Source of the DNA: Candidatus Cloacimonadales bacterium
GTDB lineage: Bacteria; Cloacimonadota; Cloacimonadia; Cloacimonadales; DAONDQ01
Reading direction: 5' to 3'
Length of the DNA: 64,000 nt
Assembly: GCA_963662275.1 (NCBI GenBank)
Contig: OY759316.1
Span: 1,568,001 to 1,632,000 of the forward strand
Shown: piece after piece, positions 28,201 to 37,595 of the stretch
Position numbering within the stretch: the stretch's first letter is position 1
How the letters are laid out: every line of letters starts with the position of its first letter
Position numbers and translations under genes: made by a program
Notes under the pieces: model-generated
What the model saw: only the letters and a program-made list of their open reading frames with translations
What the model was told of the DNA's origin: nothing
Databases searched by the model: none

Positions 28201-28746
28201 TGCTGAATTTACTGCTGCATTGTTATGAGAGATAATGAGCATTTTTGGTTTACTTTCAGGTATATTACGTAAATAGGAAGATTCATAATTCGCTGCCAGC
28301 AGTTTATAAATCGGGATGAAGGCAGTTGATAAACTGGTTGGAAGGGGTGCACTGTCAGTTGCTACCAGATCATAATCAAGAGATTCAATGATAGAAGTTC
28401 TGTCGCCTAACTGTTTTTTCATCTCGGCTGTTATCGTAAATCCATTCATTTCCCGCATGACAAATTGATTGCTGATTCTAACGCGGTCAGGGGCAATTGC
28501 TCTTAAGGTCTGGATTTTATTCCCTTGGTTGTCGTATTCACTGATTGTCATACTGTGAATTTCCAAACGGGCAGAATTAGCTGGTAATGTGACAGTTTTG
28601 ATATACACATCAGATGCATTTGTTTGATCCATATGCGTATAAGTGCAGTTAACAGCGTTACCGCGTGTTGTGACTGATTCGACAGGACTGGCTGCCAGGC
28701 TTAAACAAAACAAAGCCACTACAGCAATAATCATCAATTTTCTCAT
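25273..28746 (-). CDS. Peptidase C25 (gingipain-like) family protein with C-terminal sorting domain
   Basis: WKRAKG, YLLLIGD, DNYY..LEGNDYFPE..VGRF, SIVCNTGDF, YNILSDPSL; NFPNPFNP CTD. Confidence 0.88.
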   Translation of the reverse strand: MRKLMIIAVVALFCLSLAASPVESVTTRGNAVNCTYTHMDQTNASDVYIKTVTLPANSARLEIHSMTISEYDNQGNKIQTLRAIAPDRVRISNQFVMREMNGFTITAEMKKQLGDRTSIIESLDYDLVATDSAPLPTSLSTAFIPIYKLLAANYESSYLRNIPESKPKMLIISHNNAAVNSALAPFLNWKRAKGFDVSVVYKTDIGTTVAAIKTYLTTYYQQNHPDYLLLIGDVNGSYAIPTNMYTSPDGTETDADDNYYTMLEGNDYFPEMQVGRFSVADLSSLFTVINKTIYHEKTPSITNPAWMHHALTVAGNFAEGGLHPITPVQTSKWLREKMLAYGYTQVDTVFYTTESPIYPGTSSIQTFITAGAQFISYRGWGDVTGWHYPRFHFDDLPSTYNGNKMPIVMSIVCNTGDFANEQYNQCFGEVWMAMGTAATPGGCVAFVGPSDLHTKTNLNNSISSGMFSSIFDHGVRSFGAAVLAGKVELYNAYPLDHAANQNVSFYYHVYNILSDPSLNMWVLEPSTMNVSLPDVINQSVSSLDIVLPGLDGATVTGTRNNTTYSNAVVRNGHAILPVNPEETGNLKVTITRENYHAYEKTITTIVNAGVGVISATIDSPVLNAGTSVNLSIILKNYTTNTLDNVNCTLTSLSSFVSIGTDTQNFGTMTAGQTVLRTYPLNIAANCPANLIAEFSLNNPFTNDLAKMAFFTGGPLFEVSQTTGNLIIGQTSAVNLIIKNIGTNALTSGTVNVHSMTTAAVYDQNFSNITVSPGLNASLDLNIPVSADCFHGRNIPLTITLTNDQGYVTKCYTSLVAGPVTTTAPTGPDSYGYFAYDSFDSDYEQHPTYSWIEIDPALDGDGTTISMTDDISHTINLPFTFRYYGQDYNSVTICSNGWISFVTSSWMNNFANINIPAALGPYSMVAPYWDDLKGLFNATDSTYANMRTIYKYDGSNFIIEWCDAYNNYNIELGVNASNEKFQVILVPRVNDNGDIIFQYHTIDNPDAANNYATVGIENPLQNDGIQYSFASIYPATASILQSGLAIKFTTNPPDEFVANNDPNVVAPGIFLSQNFPNPFNPETQIAFSLKNRTQVSLQIYNLRGQKVRTLVNSVYPTGQNKVTWNGTDDNGNQVPSGIYLYRMDADKQTQTKKMVLLK

Positions 28747-28967
28747 AATTTCCTCTCTTCTTTGCAGTTTATCTTGTGTTGTGAATTAGTATTTTTTTTC
28801 TTATTAGAATAGCAAGAACTATTCCTAGTCAGTTATCTTCAGACATTTCTTTGCAGGAATTCAGAAACAGGTATAAAAACAAAAAAGTCTTGCCGTATAT
28901 TTATTACTTTCTAGTATGAATCTAATGTTATTAAGTTCTCTAAAATCATGAAAAAGGAATACACTCC

Positions 28968-29378
28968 ATGCAAAACTGGTTCATCTTTGCTCTTTTAGCT
29001 CTCATTTTCTATGGATTGTGGGGTTTTTTCCCAAAAATGGCAACCCTTCATTTAGATGCTAAAAGCATCATATTTTATGAAACATTAGGAATTCTATTTG
29101 TCGCAGTTCTCATGTATTTCTTTATTCCCGGTAAAATTAATACGAATACTAAAGGCGTTCTTTTTTCCGTATTAACGGGCATTGCCGGTATGGTTGGCAC
29201 GTTGTTTTTTCTCTTAGCATTAAAAAATGGAAAAGCATCCATTATTATATTGTTTACTGCACTGTATCCACTGGTAAGTGTATTACTTGTACAATTCATC
29301 CTGAAAGAAAGCATCACTTTGAAACAAGGAATAGGTATGGTTTTCGCTCTAATGGCTATCATCCTATTTTCTTCCTGA
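28968..29378 (+). CDS. EamA/DMT family transporter (single domain)
   Basis: Hydrophobic 136 aa; ALKNGKASII..LYP..ILKESITLKQ motif. Confidence 0.85.
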   Translation: MQNWFIFALLALIFYGLWGFFPKMATLHLDAKSIIFYETLGILFVAVLMYFFIPGKINTNTKGVLFSVLTGIAGMVGTLFFLLALKNGKASIIILFTALYPLVSVLLVQFILKESITLKQGIGMVFALMAIILFSS

Positions 29379-29434
29379 ATCATGATATTTTCCAAGTAAC
29401 AGGTTCACAATTGAGTAGCTTGAATAAATTATAT

Positions 29435-30379
29435 CTATGGTTCCAGTGATTGGATATGATTTGCGTTGGCTGAACACGATTTTATCCTGCATTCCGCACA
29501 GTTTTCATTACATGGCTCAAGATGAATACTCACACGGGAGTCCTTGAAGTGTGATTCTAAATGCTCCTGGATATGATGTGCCATATCATGAGCCTCTTTC
29601 ACAGGCTGATGGGCATGGAACTGTAAAGTGAGGTCGATCATGATTGTTGAACCTGATTTTCTGGTGGCTATATTACGATAAGCATAAATATGGGGAACAT
29701 GCTCTGCCAGGATTTCTTCGATTTCAAGGATGGATGAACCTGGTAATCCTGCATCTAACAGATCTTTTGCTGACTTAATGGAGAGATGGATTCCAATATA
29801 GAAAATGTAGATGGCAATCAGGATAGAAATAATTGGATCAATGATGGTAATTCCTGTCAGCCTAATTGCAATTAAACCACCCATGACTCCCAGGCAGGTA
29901 TAAACATCTACAGCCAGGTGTGCCCCGTCAGTCTCGAGGGCAATGGAGTTCGTTTCTTTTGCAATTTGATGTAATTTACGTGAAACAAATATATTCACCA
30001 ATGCTGATAAAAGCATCACACCAATTGCAGAATCGATCAATTCGATTTTGTGGGGGTTGAACAGCTTAGGAAAAGCTTCTGAACAGATTAATGCACCTGC
30101 AACAATGATAAGAGCCGATTCAATGATGCCGGAGAGATTCTCATATTTGCCATGTCCATAGGGATGACCTTCATCTGCTGGCTTGGAAGCCTGGCGGATG
30201 GCATAGAAAGCGATCAGGGCAGCAAATAGATCTATTGCGGAATGAATACTTTCAGAGAGAATGGAAATGGAACCTGATAACTGCCAGATGATGAGTTTGA
30301 TGAATATCAAGACAGAATTTGAGATAATAGACATCCTAGCCCATAGCATCTTCTTCTGATTCAGGATAGCAACAGTCAT
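29435..30379 (-). CDS. Cation diffusion facilitator (FieF-like) transporter
   Basis: SESIHSAID, KPADEGHPYGHGKYE, HLAVD; Cys-rich tail. Confidence 0.92.
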   Translation of the reverse strand: MTVAILNQKKMLWARMSIISNSVLIFIKLIIWQLSGSISILSESIHSAIDLFAALIAFYAIRQASKPADEGHPYGHGKYENLSGIIESALIIVAGALICSEAFPKLFNPHKIELIDSAIGVMLLSALVNIFVSRKLHQIAKETNSIALETDGAHLAVDVYTCLGVMGGLIAIRLTGITIIDPIISILIAIYIFYIGIHLSIKSAKDLLDAGLPGSSILEIEEILAEHVPHIYAYRNIATRKSGSTIMIDLTLQFHAHQPVKEAHDMAHHIQEHLESHFKDSRVSIHLEPCNENCAECRIKSCSANANHIQSLEP

Positions 30380-30408
30380 TCATCCTCTCTTTTTGATGCA
30401 TTGCAAAA

Positions 30409-30428
30409 AAGGCAGGAAAACCTGCCTT
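30409..30428 (-). terminator. Terminator after tRNA-Pro
   Basis: AAGGCAGG-aaaa-CCTGCCTT followed by a U-tract on the minus strand. Confidence 0.7.
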
Positions 30429-30445
30429 GTATACGATAAAAAATA

Positions 30446-30523
30446 TGGTCGGGATGACAGGATTTGAACCTGCGACCACTTGAACCCCATTCAAGTACGC
30501 TACCCGGACTGCGCTACATCCCG
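30446..30523 (-). tRNA. tRNA-Pro (GGG)
   Basis: CGGGATGTAGCGCAG..CTTGA-ATGGGGT-TCAAG..GGTTCAAATCC..CATCCCGACCA; encoded CCA. Confidence 0.96.
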
Positions 30524-30582
30524 AACCTGATGGCAAGGAATTCAAAGCGAGTCAGATTGACAAGTTATTTTTGACATACAGT

Positions 30583-30631
30583 GGTTAGGTGTTAGGTGTT
30601 AGGGGTTAGGGGTTAGGGGTTAGGGGTTAGG
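30583..30631 (+). repeat. Heptamer array (TTAGGTG/TTAGGGG), contains (G4TTA)3G4
   Basis: ggttaggtgttaggtgttaggggttaggggttaggggttaggggttagg. Confidence 0.9.
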
Positions 30632-30750
30632 TATAGATAATGAGCATTGCCGAAGATATCGGATATTTAACTAGAAAAGAGACTAAAGAATGTCATCCAT
30701 ACAAATGAGATCTTTTATCCCTGACTTGATCGGTGATTATGTACTCTGTT

Positions 30751-30801
30751 CCTAACCCCTAACACCTAACCCCTAACACCTAGCACCTAGCACCTAGCAC
30801 C
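30751..30801 (-). repeat. Heptamer array in opposite orientation, overlapping the aldolase stop
   Basis: cctaacccctaacacctaacccctaacacctagcacctagcacctagcacc. Confidence 0.9.
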
Positions 30802-31827
30802 TTCTCCGACTTCCATTGCCTGGCTATATTCACCTCGTCGAGCAGCCCAATTACATTTGGCTCTATGAAGCAACGCTTTCTGTGCAGCCACGGTATTTGC
30901 CTCTTTACCTTTCCAAAGATCTAATGCGGGTTGCTGTATAGCCCTGGCAAAGGAAAAGGCTAATGCCCAGGGTAATTGAGATTTGAATTGAACATTCATG
31001 GCATTCAATCGGGCTGAGGCAAGTTCAGCGGTTTGACCGCCTGATAAAAAGGCGATTCCAGGCACGGCAGCAGGAACAGATCGTAAGAAACATTTAACCG
31101 TGGCGTTGGCGATTTCGTCTTCAGTTTCCTGAGTAGGATATTCCAATCCGGGAACCACCATGTTGGGTTTGAGGATCATTCCTTCTATCACAACACGTTG
31201 CAGATAAAGCTGGTTAAAGACTGTTCTCAAGACTTTTTCCGTTATTTCGAAACACTGCTCCAGGGAATGGCTTCCATCCATGAGAACTTCCGGTTCAACA
31301 ATTGGGACTAGACCGGTTTCCTGGCATAAAGCTGCATAACGGGCAAGAGCATGTGCATTTGCTTCAAGACATCCTTGACTGGGAATTGTACCATTACCGA
31401 TGGTGATGACAGCTCGCCATTTTGCAAAATGGGCTCCCATCTGATAGTATTCAGAAAGACGATTACGCAATCCGTCTAATCCTTCTGTAATTTTTTCATT
31501 AGGAAAACCTGCCAAGGGTATAGAACCTGAATCGACTTTGATACCTGGAATGATACCGGCATCCTGTATTAATTTCATAAAAGGTGTACCATCTTTTTGG
31601 GATTGACGTATAGTCTCATCATATAGGATAACACCGCTAATGTAATTACCCAATCCTGGGGTGGTAATAATCAATTCCCGATAGGCTCGGCGGTATTCTT
31701 CTGTCTGGGGTATCCCTGCTTTTTCAAAGCGCTTGTTGCAGGTAGGTGTGCTCTCATCCATAGCGAGAAGACCTTTATCATCAGCAACCATAGCCTTAGC
31801 CGTAGTAATCAATTCTTTGAAATTCAT
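30787..31827 (-). CDS. Fructose-bisphosphate aldolase class I
   Basis: KGLLAMDES, PGIKVD, AKWRAV, VPIVEPEV, Schiff-base LKPNMV, FLSGGQ, FSFARA. Confidence 0.96.
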   Translation of the reverse strand: MNFKELITTAKAMVADDKGLLAMDESTPTCNKRFEKAGIPQTEEYRRAYRELIITTPGLGNYISGVILYDETIRQSQKDGTPFMKLIQDAGIIPGIKVDSGSIPLAGFPNEKITEGLDGLRNRLSEYYQMGAHFAKWRAVITIGNGTIPSQGCLEANAHALARYAALCQETGLVPIVEPEVLMDGSHSLEQCFEITEKVLRTVFNQLYLQRVVIEGMILKPNMVVPGLEYPTQETEDEIANATVKCFLRSVPAAVPGIAFLSGGQTAELASARLNAMNVQFKSQLPWALAFSFARAIQQPALDLWKGKEANTVAAQKALLHRAKCNWAARRGEYSQAMEVGEGARC

Positions 31828-32117
31828 TTTAAACTCCTTTTCAACTGACTGAAATACTGAGATGATAACTTATCCGTACGAAATCATTCTAGTGGATAAA
31901 GTTAATGATAAGATATGCGGAAATGATGATAAGACAACAGCAAAGTCGATTTCATTGTAATCTCATGATATCCAAAATTATAGCAATGTAGGTATTTACG
32001 GCAGGAAATCCGCCTATACCGATCATAAAAAGGAGTGGTGCATTCCAATTCACCGCATACCAAATCGGAGTTTGACATACCAGCTTTCATATAAACTCCA
32101 AAATCTTCGTTGACATT

Positions 32118-32154
32118 TCTGACAGATTGCAAATGATAGTTGCAAATAGTCAGA
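32118..32154 (+). promoter_or_regulatory. Operator-like inverted repeat in the promoter of the AAA ATPase gene
   Basis: TCTGAC-aga-TTGCAA-n7-TTGCAA-ata-GTCAGA between TTGACA and the GGAGG RBS. Confidence 0.55.
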
Positions 32155-32163
32155 GGAGGCTTC

Positions 32164-33330
32164 ATGTTCCCACGACAACTAGCTTCTACGCTTAGTAAGA
32201 TGCATAAATTCTTCCCAGTAATGACTGTTACGGGACCACGACAATCGGGAAAAACTACTCTGGTGAGAAGTTGCTATCCAGATTATAAATATGTTAATTT
32301 AGAAGATTTGAAATTTCGCCAAATGGCTAAAGACGATCCAGACAACTTAATCTCAAAAACTCAGAACAGAATGATAGTAGATGAAATCCAACATGTTCCG
32401 GAACTTCTCTCTACAATCCAGGTAGTTGTTGATGAGGATAAAATAAACAATCGGTTTATCCTGACCGGATCAAATCAATTTGAATATATGAAGAATATTA
32501 CTCAATCTTTAGCTGGAAGGACAGGTATTCTCAAACTCCTTCCAGCAACAATTGAAGAATTGCAGTATAGTAAAATTATGCCTGCTGATAAGATGACTTA
32601 TCAAGGTTTTTATCCTGCCTTATATCAAACTGATTTTTCACCATCGATGTACTATCAATCTTATATCTCTACATATTTGGAGAGAGATATCAGGCAATTA
32701 GTGAATATCCGTGATATTACGACCTTTAATAAGTTTCTGGCTCTTTGCGCTGGAAGAACAGGTCAGATTTTGAATATGAATTCATTAGCGTTGGATGCCG
32801 GTATTTCGCATACAACAATTCAAAATTGGATTTCTATTTTGGAAGCTAGTTTCATTATTTATAGACTGCAGCCATACTATAAGAATTTCAATAAAAGAGT
32901 TATCAAAGCTCCTAAATTATATTTCTATGATACTGGCATTGTTTGCCAATTACTGGGCATTATATCTGAACAACAGTTAGAATTGCATCCACTGCGTGGT
33001 GAGATTTTCGAGACAATGGTGGTTTCTGAATTTATGAAACAATACTATAATCGAGGATTGCAACCAAACCTATATTATTGGCGCGATCAACAAGGTTATG
33101 AGATTGATTTGATTGCAGAAACAGCTTTACAATCAATTCCAATTGAAATCAAGTCTTCATATACTTATCGGTCTGATTTTATTAAAAACATTAGATATTT
33201 CAACAAAATACAAGGGAAGGAAAGTGACGCGTATCTTATTTTAAATGGCAATATTGATGAAAGAATTAATGCAGTCAATGTGACTTCATTTCGAAAAATA
33301 AAAGAAACCGTTGATAAAATTCTGAGGTAA
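32164..33330 (+). CDS. AAA_14 ATPase with DUF4143 and C-terminal PD-(D/E)XK-like domain
   Basis: GPRQSGKTTL, VDEIQ, LTGS, SLAGR, KAPKLYFYDTG, YYWRD..EID..IEIKS. Confidence 0.9.
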   Translation: MFPRQLASTLSKMHKFFPVMTVTGPRQSGKTTLVRSCYPDYKYVNLEDLKFRQMAKDDPDNLISKTQNRMIVDEIQHVPELLSTIQVVVDEDKINNRFILTGSNQFEYMKNITQSLAGRTGILKLLPATIEELQYSKIMPADKMTYQGFYPALYQTDFSPSMYYQSYISTYLERDIRQLVNIRDITTFNKFLALCAGRTGQILNMNSLALDAGISHTTIQNWISILEASFIIYRLQPYYKNFNKRVIKAPKLYFYDTGIVCQLLGIISEQQLELHPLRGEIFETMVVSEFMKQYYNRGLQPNLYYWRDQQGYEIDLIAETALQSIPIEIKSSYTYRSDFIKNIRYFNKIQGKESDAYLILNGNIDERINAVNVTSFRKIKETVDKILR

Positions 33331-33334
33331 TAAC

Positions 33335-35221
33335 TTGAGTATAATTCGTTTAGACAATATCACACATGCCTATGCCGGGGTAAACATCCTGGAGAACATC
33401 GACCTGACCATCGATAATAATAGCCGTTATGGACTGATTGGACCCAATGGCTCAGGTAAAACTACATTAATGAAGATCATCACAGGTGAAATACATTCTT
33501 CGGATGGGGAAGTTCATCGAGCCCGCAATCGTCAGTTGGCATATCTACCGCAGCAGCCCCATCTCGAGCAGGATAAGACTCTGCTTGATATCATCTATAT
33601 GGCACGTCATGACCTGATGGTTTTAAAGGCTAAGCTCATAGAGGCAGAGAAACGTCTTTCTGTTGAACATACAGAAGATGCTGGGCACTTGATGGGTGAT
33701 TTACAGGATAAATTCAATCATGCCGGTGGTTATACCTTTGAGACAGATGTGAAATTGGTCTTGACATCTTTAAATTTCCCTGAGGAAGTATGGACTTCTC
33801 CTGTTTCAAGATTCAGCGGGGGAGAGCAGACACGTATTCATTTGGCAAAAATACTCCTGCAGCCATACGATTTATTATTACTTGATGAACCTACCAATCA
33901 TCTCGATATAGATATGATCTTCTGGCTGGAAAAGTATCTCTCAAATCTTGAAAGACCCTATGTCATCATTTCCCATGATCGGTATTTCCTGGATCAGACT
34001 GCAAATACAATCCTGGAAATCGATAATGCCCATCTCAGCCGTTATTCAGGAAACTATAGCTTTTACATTACGGAGTCTGCCTTGCGTAAGGAACAGCAAT
34101 TAAAAGCTTATCAGCAACAACAGAAGCTAATTGAAAAGACGGAGTATTTCATACGAAAGAATATGGCTGGACAGAAGACTATACAAGCCCAGTCCCGTCA
34201 GAAGATGCTGGATAAGATGGAGACAATTGATGCACCGCAATCAGCCCAGAGCTTCAAAATACAATTCAAGACAGAAGGCAGGACAGGCAACGATGTCTTT
34301 CGACTGGAGGATTTGAGTTTTGGTTATCCGAATAAACTGCTTGCCAAGGATGTCAATCGCTACACTGGTTATCGTGATAGAATCGCTATTTTAGGAAAGA
34401 ATGGCTGTGGAAAGACAAGTTTGCTCAATCTCCTGATGGGGGAGATGAAGCCCCTTTCCGGTATTATTAAAATCGGTGCGAATCTGAAAATAGGCTATTA
34501 TGAGCAGTTTCATGACCTCCTCAATCCGGAACTGACAGCTCGGGAAACTATCTGGCAGATGATACCCAATGCCCCCCAGGGAGAAGTATTAGGCTATCTG
34601 GCACGTTTCGGATTTCGAGGAGATGATATTGAAAAAAGGGTATCTTCTCTCAGTGGAGGAGAAAGGGCACGTTTGAATTTAGCACGTCTCATCATGGAAA
34701 GACCGAATGTGCTCCTGCTGGATGAACCGACGAACCATCTCGATCTTGTCATGACTGCTGACCTGGAAGAAGCGCTGTTGGAATATGATGGTACTATCCT
34801 GTTCGTTTCACATGACCGTTATTTTATTAAGAAGATTGCAACCAAGACTTGGATATTCCGAAATTTAACGATCGAAGAAACACAACAGGACTTGGAAAGT
34901 ATCTTCTCAGCAGGTTTTAATGTAAAATTGCAGAAAAAGACAAAAATGATTCAACCCGAAAAGAATAGACCAAAGAAGATAAATCCCTGGAATCTTGAGC
35001 AGATCATGAAGGAAATTGAAGCATTACAGGCTCAAATCAAACAATTGCTGGATGAAAAAACTGATATAGAATTCCAATTCTCACAAGCCGACACTTATAA
35101 AGAACCTGATTCAGTGAAAACTTTACGTACAAGGCTGGAAGCGATAGATGTAGAAATGTTGGAATTACAGCGTAAAATTGAAAAGAAGGAAGAAGAATAT
35201 TTAGAGTTAGGGTGCTTGTAA
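33335..35221 (+). CDS. ABC-F family ATP-binding protein (Uup/YheS-like)
   Basis: Two ABC domains (GPNGSGKT, FSGGE, LDEPTNHLD; GKNGCGKT, LSGGE), no TM segments, C-terminal coiled coil. Confidence 0.93.
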   Translation: MSIIRLDNITHAYAGVNILENIDLTIDNNSRYGLIGPNGSGKTTLMKIITGEIHSSDGEVHRARNRQLAYLPQQPHLEQDKTLLDIIYMARHDLMVLKAKLIEAEKRLSVEHTEDAGHLMGDLQDKFNHAGGYTFETDVKLVLTSLNFPEEVWTSPVSRFSGGEQTRIHLAKILLQPYDLLLLDEPTNHLDIDMIFWLEKYLSNLERPYVIISHDRYFLDQTANTILEIDNAHLSRYSGNYSFYITESALRKEQQLKAYQQQQKLIEKTEYFIRKNMAGQKTIQAQSRQKMLDKMETIDAPQSAQSFKIQFKTEGRTGNDVFRLEDLSFGYPNKLLAKDVNRYTGYRDRIAILGKNGCGKTSLLNLLMGEMKPLSGIIKIGANLKIGYYEQFHDLLNPELTARETIWQMIPNAPQGEVLGYLARFGFRGDDIEKRVSSLSGGERARLNLARLIMERPNVLLLDEPTNHLDLVMTADLEEALLEYDGTILFVSHDRYFIKKIATKTWIFRNLTIEETQQDLESIFSAGFNVKLQKKTKMIQPEKNRPKKINPWNLEQIMKEIEALQAQIKQLLDEKTDIEFQFSQADTYKEPDSVKTLRTRLEAIDVEMLELQRKIEKKEEEYLELGCL

Positions 35222-35236
35222 GAAAAGGAGTATCAA

Positions 35237-35602
35237 ATGACATTAATCAATATTTTATCTCTGTTGGGCGGTGTAGGTATAGGAGCAATGATTCAAACAC
35301 TTTTTACCATTATTGCAAGAAACAAAGAAATGATGAACAAAAGATGCTATATTGAAAAACGGAATGCATATTTAGGATTATTAACAGCTCTGCATGATGC
35401 TGCTGTTCATCCTTCCATGGAATCTTCAAAAGCTTATGCTCTTTGGCAAACAAAAGTAGATTTGTTTGGATCAGTTGATGTAAGAAAGTTTGCTCAAGAA
35501 ATGGTTGATACTAACGATACTCCAAAAGAAAGATCAATAGCATTCAATAATTTGAAAAACTCAATGCGTCGAGATTTGAATATTGATAAGGGCAAGCTAT
35601 AA
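35237..35602 (+). CDS. Hypothetical membrane-anchored protein
   Basis: AAGGAG RBS; N-terminal TM helix. Confidence 0.7.
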   Translation: MTLINILSLLGGVGIGAMIQTLFTIIARNKEMMNKRCYIEKRNAYLGLLTALHDAAVHPSMESSKAYALWQTKVDLFGSVDVRKFAQEMVDTNDTPKERSIAFNNLKNSMRRDLNIDKGKL

Positions 35603-35641
35603 ATGAAGCTATAAGAAACGAAAGTAATATAGACTCTAATA

Positions 35642-36193
35642 TTACTTTGGGTAATCAAATCCAGTTAATTCTGTGAATTTACCTATTGCTCTAGGAGGTT
35701 GTCTTCTTTCATTTTGCGAAATCCAATCTACAATTATTAACTGTTTGTCAATATCCCATACAATGAGACAATCTTTAAGCCATTTATTAATCAATTCAAG
35801 AGGTGAAATGCAGTCATGTTCAAGTTCATTAAAGGCGAAATCCATAGCATTTGAATCACCACTGCAAAAAATAACATCATCCAAATCATACAATGCTGCC
35901 ATTAGACATCTATCTACATAGCTCAGGTCATAAGGTTCATTTGTTGAAGGATTCAATTTGCTCTGGTTAATTCCTTCGATAATGAACTTTATCGATTCAT
36001 CATATCTAGTATGTGTTTTGATAAATTTGAGGTAAGTAGATTTCCAAGGATACTTGATTTTAAACTTTTGCTTTTCATTAAACTCAGTTCTGACTTCATT
36101 AATGGTTTCACATTCGAAAATAGGATTTGTAAACATTTCCGGGTTGATGCGTAATAGCATTAATATAGCACAGGTATCACAGAGAATCTTCAA
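35642..36193 (-). CDS. PIN-domain protein (putative RNase toxin)
   Basis: N-terminal ILCDTCAI, LSYVD and FCSGD acidic motifs; overlaps the upstream gene end. Confidence 0.7.
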   Translation of the reverse strand: MKILCDTCAILMLLRINPEMFTNPIFECETINEVRTEFNEKQKFKIKYPWKSTYLKFIKTHTRYDESIKFIIEGINQSKLNPSTNEPYDLSYVDRCLMAALYDLDDVIFCSGDSNAMDFAFNELEHDCISPLELINKWLKDCLIVWDIDKQLIIVDWISQNERRQPPRAIGKFTELTGFDYPK

Positions 36194-37307
36194 TACGTTC
36201 CTCTTTCCTTAAAAGATTGAGCAAAATATGACCATCAATTGAATTTGATAGTTGAAATAACTCTGCTATTTTGCTATTGCTTAAATGAGATGATTCATCG
36301 CGTATCATTTTGACAAAACGAGGTGAAATCGATTCATAGAGTTGGAGATATTCAACAGGGCTTTCTATGTGATCAAAGATATCCCCAATTGAAGGATAAT
36401 CTTTCTTGAGTTTTTTATCAGCAAATACTGCTGATGTCATAATATCCTTTGATATTTGTTCATCAATATAGAGTCTCTTGCATAATCCATATACTGAATG
36501 ATGGTTTTGTTTACTAATATCCTTTAACTCATCAATAATAGAATTCTTATTACCTGATATTAAATCTGCTTTTATTCTTTCAATGATACAAGCGACATAT
36601 TTATCAGGAAATTGGAGATAACTTGCCACACAATCACAGAACTTATCAATTTCGTTTGTAACAGCCTGATCTTCAGGTAAAATTGAATGTATACTTTCAT
36701 GAAGTAAATGGAAAATTAGGTCAGAAGAGTGAATATGGCTTTCTAGGAATATTACTCTATGGTGAGCAATTTTGACATAAAATGCATTTGATTTCATAGT
36801 ATCCGGGAATGGAAGTAAAATAACAAATAATCCTAATTTATCAAGATATTTAAATATTTGGTTTTCATTAAAAGTAATAGGTGTTTCATCATCTAAACCC
36901 AGCTCTGCACGCAGATTTAAAGCTATTTGACTAGCTGCTCGAACAGAAAAATCATTTGTTTCAATCCTCTTAATGACTAATGGATTTACATAGTGTTCAA
37001 AAACCCTAACATATGGAGCGCTTATTTTATATGCATCATTTTGCATTTCATCTGTTACTTTTGCTCGCATATGTGTTTTGTGTGCAGGTATGGAAATTTG
37101 AGGTTTCTCATTTGGAGAAAACAGATCAGCAGGGGTTATCTCTAATTCCTTGCATAATTTAATAATAAATCTACCTGTAGGAACAGATCCTTTTATCCAT
37201 TCACTGATTGATTGTCTACTTGTACCAATCCTTTCAGCAATATAATCCATTGTAAGTCCTTTTTGTTTTAGGATATCCTGTAATGTTTTTCCCATCCACT
37301 CCATCAT
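36177..37307 (-). CDS. XRE HTH + ImmA/IrrE (M78) metallopeptidase fusion
   Basis: HTH GLTMDYIAERIGTSRQSISEW..G..P; HExxH motif FHLLHESIH. Confidence 0.82.
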   Translation of the reverse strand: MMEWMGKTLQDILKQKGLTMDYIAERIGTSRQSISEWIKGSVPTGRFIIKLCKELEITPADLFSPNEKPQISIPAHKTHMRAKVTDEMQNDAYKISAPYVRVFEHYVNPLVIKRIETNDFSVRAASQIALNLRAELGLDDETPITFNENQIFKYLDKLGLFVILLPFPDTMKSNAFYVKIAHHRVIFLESHIHSSDLIFHLLHESIHSILPEDQAVTNEIDKFCDCVASYLQFPDKYVACIIERIKADLISGNKNSIIDELKDISKQNHHSVYGLCKRLYIDEQISKDIMTSAVFADKKLKKDYPSIGDIFDHIESPVEYLQLYESISPRFVKMIRDESSHLSNSKIAELFQLSNSIDGHILLNLLRKEERIEDSL

Positions 37308-37314
37308 CTACTCC

Positions 37315-37369
37315 TTTGTACTTATTACAAAATATCAATTCCTTTAATAATGTAAAGATATATTTACAT
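37315..37369 (-). promoter_or_regulatory. Two palindromic operators upstream of the XRE-peptidase gene
   Basis: TTTGTA-cttat-TACAAA (37315-37331) and ATGTAAA-gatata-TTTACAT (37350-37369). Confidence 0.55.
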
Positions 37370-37595
37370 GAAATTGTATGATATATACGTAACTAATTAA
37401 CAGAAAGTACTATATGTTATGTTTAATAATCGCAAACAAATCATATTTTACGTGTATTTTTCACTTTTTTTTGAATGGATGAGACTAATCAAAAATGTGT
37501 ATTTAACATATTTTAATAAAAAATCTATCCATTCGATTTATTGACAAAAACATCTATCTACAATCAGGTGAAAACATCAAAATTAAGGATATAAA

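Noticed and set aside
30446..30523. tRNA-Pro or tRNA-Leu as an island attachment site
   Set aside because: No duplicated tRNA 3' end or integrase seen in the window
31902..32100. Small ORF or glycoside-hydrolase-like fragment (YAVNWNAPLLF)
   Set aside because: Too short and unsupported; likely chance or an unrecognisable relic
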